A stretch of 64,000 bases of DNA, from NCBI GenBank assembly GCA_965223545.1, contig OZ245006.1, forward strand, positions 2,272,001-2,336,000, in the 5' to 3' direction. This DNA comes from Planctomycetota bacterium (GTDB taxonomy: Bacteria; Planctomycetota; UBA1135; UBA2386). Made by a program: the position numbers and the translations under genes. This document shows, one piece after another, positions 59,740 to 64,000 of the stretch (its first letter is position 1; each line of letters opens with the position of its first letter). Under the pieces are notes generated by a model that had not been told where the DNA came from, ran no database searches, and saw only the letters and a list, made by a program, of their open reading frames with translations.

Positions 59740-59766
59740 TAACCTCCTATCGACTTTTTCCGGTTA
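59740..59766. promoter_or_regulatory. TAACC-N17-GGTTA inverted repeat overlapping a TAGAAT -10 box, candidate CGNR operator
   Basis: AT-rich palindromic arms 13 nt upstream of the DUF3291-CGNR operon start. Confidence 0.5.
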
Positions 59767-60112
59767 TATCTTCATGCTGCCCCTCGCGAGTCCCCCGACG
59801 CCTCCCAGCTCGGTCGCCGCTAGACTGACGCAGTACCCGGCCCCAGTGCGCCGCACATCCCTTGCGCCGTCACGGATCATCCCGGTCACGGACTCCACGA
59901 ACTTGCCAAAGTGCTTGAGCAGCGGCGACGACTCGGCGATGCGGTTCGGCTCGTTCCTGCGCGTGTTGGCCGCGAAGCACGAAATGGCATTCTTCATCCG
60001 GCTGCACAACCTCCGAAGCTTGCTCGTCGGACCAACACGAGAACCGGTGCAAACCGGCGCTCTTGCCGACAAATCCTCAGAACTCTGGTGCGTGTGGCGA
60101 CACGAAGTGTGC

Positions 60113-61642
60113 ATGGATCTACACGCTCTACGTTCGAGTCTAGTCGCCGCCTCGGTGACCGTTCTTCCCGCGATCTTCGCGGCACCACAGGTCTTCGCTC
60201 AGTGCAATGCCACCTGGAACCTTGCTGGCGGTATTCCCGGTTTCGACAATCCGGTGCTTGATCTGCTGCAGACAGACGGTGGTCTCTTTGCCTGCGGCAG
60301 GTTCAGCACAGTCGCTGGCTTCCCGGCGCTCAACATCGCGCGCTGGGATGGGACGGCTTGGCAGAATGCTGGCTCCATCGGCAGCACGGCTTCCGAGGTA
60401 CGCCAGCTCCTGGAGCGCAACAACGGTGACCTTCTCGCTTGTGGCTCGATTGGCTTCCCGACGAATCCCAGTGCTCACATCGCCCGATTCAATGGCACGT
60501 CCTGGGGCCCAGCTTTCCCGGGATTCACGGGCGGGTCGGTGAGCGCGATGACTGAGCTTCCGAACGGGGACCTCGTCGTCGGTGGCGACTTCAACTCCGC
60601 CGGAATTGCGTTTGCTCCGAACATCGCGGTTTGGGACGGAAGCGCCTGGTCGGGCCTCCCCACGAACGTCGGGAACGTGAAGGCGCTGGCGACTGCACCG
60701 GGCGGCGGCTTCTACGCAGGAGGAGACTTCACGACCACACTCACAGGTGGCGCCGTTGCGAACCGGATCGCGCGATGGAGCGGCTCGTCCTGGTCCGCAC
60801 TCGGTTCAGGGCTCAACGGCTCCGTGCGCTGCATTCGCGTGCTCGACAACGGTGACGTCATCGTTGGCGGCGGTTTCTCGACCGCGGGCGGCCTCCCAGC
60901 GAACGGCGTTGCGCTGTACCGCCCGGGTGGTGGCGGCTGGATGCAGCTGGGTGCAGGACTCTCCGGTGTCGTCAACGATATCGAGGTCTTGCCCAGCGGC
61001 GATCTTGTGGCAGGCGGCAACTTCACCGGAGTTGCAAATCCGGGCATCACGAACATCGCGCGGTTCGATCAGACGACGTCGACATGGGTCGCGCTGGCTC
61101 CAACAGGCAGCAACGGGCAGGTGCTCGCACTTGAGCTCACCACGGAAGGGGAGATCGCGGCCGCGACGTTCGCGACAGCCGCTGGCTTTACGACCCAGTA
61201 CTTCGCTCGCCTGGTTTCCGGATGCCCGCCCGTAACCACCCCCTACGGAACGGGCTGCCCTGGTCAGGGCGGTTTCCTGACACTGACGAGCGACATGCTT
61301 CCCTGGAGCGGGACGACAATCTCGATGAACGCCTCCGGCTTCGGCCCCAACTCGCTCGGCCTGTCCATCTTGAGCTTGACGCAGGCGAATGTCTTGCTCT
61401 CGACTGCCCCTGAGTTCGCGGGCATCGCGGGCCCGACCTGTCTCGCTCTCGCGACGCCGGAACTGTCAACGCTGGTGATCCCGATCAACGGCGAAGTGAG
61501 CTGGGATATCGATCTTCCCATCGACCCGATGTTCGCGGGGACCGACCTCTTTCACCAAGGCATCGAGCTCGAGTTCGGCACCAACGGCATCGTTTTTGTC
61601 GGTTCGACCAACGGAATCCAAACCACGATCGGGACGTTCTGA
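60113..61642 (+). CDS. Secreted beta-propeller protein (IARWDG repeats) with shared C-terminal module
   Basis: Signal ending VFA-Q; repeated GDL..GG.F...IARW.G..W; YGTGC; LPIDPMFAGTDLFHQ...STNGI. Confidence 0.88.
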   Translation: MDLHALRSSLVAASVTVLPAIFAAPQVFAQCNATWNLAGGIPGFDNPVLDLLQTDGGLFACGRFSTVAGFPALNIARWDGTAWQNAGSIGSTASEVRQLLERNNGDLLACGSIGFPTNPSAHIARFNGTSWGPAFPGFTGGSVSAMTELPNGDLVVGGDFNSAGIAFAPNIAVWDGSAWSGLPTNVGNVKALATAPGGGFYAGGDFTTTLTGGAVANRIARWSGSSWSALGSGLNGSVRCIRVLDNGDVIVGGGFSTAGGLPANGVALYRPGGGGWMQLGAGLSGVVNDIEVLPSGDLVAGGNFTGVANPGITNIARFDQTTSTWVALAPTGSNGQVLALELTTEGEIAAATFATAAGFTTQYFARLVSGCPPVTTPYGTGCPGQGGFLTLTSDMLPWSGTTISMNASGFGPNSLGLSILSLTQANVLLSTAPEFAGIAGPTCLALATPELSTLVIPINGEVSWDIDLPIDPMFAGTDLFHQGIELEFGTNGIVFVGSTNGIQTTIGTF

Positions 61643-61647
61643 CGCGC

Positions 61648-61800
61648 CTAGGTGCCGGGGTGTGATTCGCCCTGTTGGGGACTTATGCAGGGCCGCGCGT
61701 GCTCGGCCGACCTCTACGAGGATCTGCTCGGCAGTCTTCCGCCACACGAACGGCTTCGGATCGTCGTTGTGCTCGTCGATGTAGGCCTTGAAGAGGACGT
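61648..61800 (-). mobile_element. IS630-family transposase 3' remnant
   Basis: Minus strand KAYIDEHNDDPKPFVWRKTAEQILVEVGRARAAL, typical IS630 C-terminus, followed by CTAG at 61648. Confidence 0.7.
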
Positions 61801-62958
61801 TTAGAACAGGATGACCATGGCGGGGTTCGACAGTTGCAGGCTGCCGCCCGGTGTCTGTACCAGCGCCTGGTAGGTGAGCACCTGCTCGCTCGGGTTGAAC
61901 GCCGGACCGACGGTGGTCTGGAACGACACTTGTCCGGTCACGGTCGTGCCCGCCGCCAGGACCACGAGGCTCGTGCTGACCCACAGCGGGCCGAAGGCGG
62001 TCGGAATCGGTCCGGTCGGGAGCCCCGCGACGAGCGCGTAGAGGCTGCCCGGCTGGGTCACGAGGTCCGCCCGCGTTGTCCCACCGGGGCCTGCGCCCGA
62101 CGCCGTGAGCGCCGGGACGTGCGTGATCGTAGGGAAGAGCACGCCGGCGATCGGGCCTTGCACACGGACTCTTGGATCGAGCAAGAGTCGGGGGCCGCCG
62201 ACGATGGCAGGGCCCGTGATGGCGCAGCTGGCCGGGAACAAGGGGCAGACTCCACCCGCGGCGATCCGGGTCGTCGCATCGCGGCCCGTCACCAGGATGG
62301 TGCTGCCGGTGGATCGGATCGCCGGAGCTGGCGTACCGCCAAAACCCTTGAGGGCGTCACCCCCGAGGATCTCGCCGTCAGCGAACAGGAGGTGGCTGTT
62401 CTGCAGGTGCAGCCCGGGAGCTTCCATCATTCCGGTCACCCGGCAGTCGCTGAACGACAGGATGGAGTCGGTCGCGCCGATGGTGTTGAGCGAGCTGTTG
62501 GCGAAGGTCACGTGGTGTGCGCCGTCGATCACCACCGCGATCGCGTTCGGGTTGGTCGGTGATGTCGAGGCGCTGAACGTGCAGCCCTCGAAGTGCAGCT
62601 GGCCCGAGCAGTTGCGAACCGTGAGACTCGACGTGAGAAGGCCGAACAAGCCGAGCGATCTCGCAGTCAGTCCCTTGCACAAGAACGAGCGCCCGGCTCC
62701 GACACCGTCGACCTCGAGTGCCAATGTGGTCACCCCCGGTTCGCAGAGCAGACGGATGCCCGTCGTCACCTTGCCCGGCGAGTAGGAGCCGCGCCGCACG
62801 AGGACCGTGTCGCCATCGGCGGCCGCGGCGAACGCAGGTGGCAGGTCGGTGAAGTGGGCGCCCGCGCCGCCTGCCTGGTCGACGACCCACGTGGTCTGGG
62901 CGGTCGCCGTGGACCAACATGCCGTGAGGATGAGCGCCGCGCGCAGGGTCGTGTGCAT
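61801..62958 (-). CDS. Secreted short beta-helix protein (paralog family B) with shared C-terminal module
   Basis: Signal ending ATA-Q; WVVD..GG.GAHFTDLPPAFAAAADGDTVLVRRGSY; LTYQALV...LSNP. Confidence 0.85.
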   Translation of the reverse strand: MHTTLRAALILTACWSTATAQTTWVVDQAGGAGAHFTDLPPAFAAAADGDTVLVRRGSYSPGKVTTGIRLLCEPGVTTLALEVDGVGAGRSFLCKGLTARSLGLFGLLTSSLTVRNCSGQLHFEGCTFSASTSPTNPNAIAVVIDGAHHVTFANSSLNTIGATDSILSFSDCRVTGMMEAPGLHLQNSHLLFADGEILGGDALKGFGGTPAPAIRSTGSTILVTGRDATTRIAAGGVCPLFPASCAITGPAIVGGPRLLLDPRVRVQGPIAGVLFPTITHVPALTASGAGPGGTTRADLVTQPGSLYALVAGLPTGPIPTAFGPLWVSTSLVVLAAGTTVTGQVSFQTTVGPAFNPSEQVLTYQALVQTPGGSLQLSNPAMVILF

Positions 62959-63069
62959 GATGCCGGTTTCCTTCCGCCTCGATGGTAACCGAAGCGGGGC
63001 CCCCTGCCTTGGGCAGCCCGGTTTGGGCAGTCACCGTCGTCCTCGGCCTGAGACGAGCGGTTTCCACGG

Positions 63070-63580
63070 CCGCTTCGCCCCAGCTCCAATGGACGGACGG
63101 CGATCGGAAGCTGCCGGCCCCACACCACGAGCCCGGACGGCGACGCGTTTGCCACCCGCGTCGGCGACTTCTTCGCCGCGTCGCAGCGCCACGGAGCCCA
63201 CCTCTGGCGCTCGGAAGGCACGACCGTGGGCACGTACCCGATCGCGCACGACACCGGTCTACTCGGGGTTCGAGCTCAGGGTCACCGACGGGACCACGGC
63301 CGGGACCCGGCTGGTGAAGGAACATCGACCCCAATGGCGCGTCGTTCCCCCGACAGCCCACGGCCGTGGGTAACGAGCTCTACTTCTCGTCGAACGACGG
63401 CACCAACGGCCGCAAGCTGTGGGTCTCGAACGGCACCGCGGCCGGCACGCGCATGCTGTCGCACTCGGCCCCGCGGACGCCTCGCCGAGCGGCATGACGC
63501 GGGTCGAGAACCGTCTGCTGTTCGCGGCGCGGACCGCGGCGGCGCGCGAGGAGCTGTTTGCCGTCGCGCCAACGTCCACT
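63070..63580 (+). pseudogene. Frameshifted ELWxxDGT-repeat protein remnant
   Basis: HLWRSEGTTVGT, GFELRVTDGTTAGTRLVK, GNELYFSSNDGTNGRKLWVSNGTAAGTRM, RLLFAA...EELF found in successive different frames. Confidence 0.75.
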
Positions 63581-63661
63581 CGGCGACAATGGAGAGCTCG
63601 GCAATCGCGTGGCGTGTCCTCGCTGATTGCGGATTCTGGCCCCGACCTCTACTGTGTCTGG

Positions 63662-64000
63662 ATGAGGAGTTGTTGTGCAAGTGCGTGCTGGGTCTTGGCG
63701 ATGCTCACCACGATCGCCGAGTCGCCGTGCCAATCGGCGTGGGTTCGGATCGCATCTCCGCTCGTGGGGCCGGAGCAGCGCCTGGTGTGGGACGAGTCGC
63801 GGCAGCGACTGGTGTTGGCAGGCGCAGCAGTGTTGTTCGGTACCGTCCACGCGGCAGCGGAATGGGACGGTGTCTCCTTTGCGCCGAGACCTGCGAGCAT
63901 GCGGGCGGGCCGAGCGCGCTCATCGATGGCCTACGACGCGCTGCGTCAGGAGAGCGTGCTGTACTTGCGCGCCGCGACCTGGGTGTGGGACGGCTTCGAC
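63662..64000 (+). CDS. Secreted Kelch-like repeat protein (3' truncated by window edge)
   Basis: Signal-like N-terminus; LVWDESRQRLVL, EWDG, MAYDALRQESVL, TWVWDG; open to window end. Confidence 0.7.
   Translation, partial: MRSCCASACWVLAMLTTIAESPCQSAWVRIASPLVGPEQRLVWDESRQRLVLAGAAVLFGTVHAAAEWDGVSFAPRPASMRAGRARSSMAYDALRQESVLYLRAATWVWDGFD

Noticed and set aside
59729..60112. N-terminal extension of ORF 59729..61642
   Set aside because: The signal peptide begins at ATG 60113; the extension overlaps the divergent promoter.

Overview
GC-rich bacterial window. The gene content (ECF sigma-Ser/Thr kinase pairs, sulfatase, many secreted proteins) suggests an uncultured Planctomycetota lineage; this is inference. 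It holds about 48 real CDSs, and most other ORFs in the track are GC shadows. Main observations: (1) at least 13 secreted proteins, mostly with unrelated N-terminal domains, end in the same ~100-130 aa C-terminal module (hP....l.G..hy.Q.h..D...h.hS/T.a), and most expose Gln after the signal peptide, pointing to a candidate lineage-specific sorting/anchoring system; (2) a near-perfect tRNA cloverleaf (54454-54528) with a 6-nt anticodon loop sits directly upstream of a large uncharacterised ORF split by one in-frame amber codon; (3) a selenocysteine BCP/PrxQ peroxiredoxin (UGA at the peroxidatic Cys plus a SECIS-like hairpin) that the ORF track splits in two; (4) a REP/REPIN-like modular repeat family at three loci; (5) a patchwork of short duplicated gene fragments, a chimeric sigma-4 fusion remnant, an IS630 remnant and a frameshifted ELWxxDGT pseudogene between secreted-protein genes. 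No CRISPR array, rRNA or intact transposase/integrase was seen. All family calls come from motif recognition by eye, not database searches.
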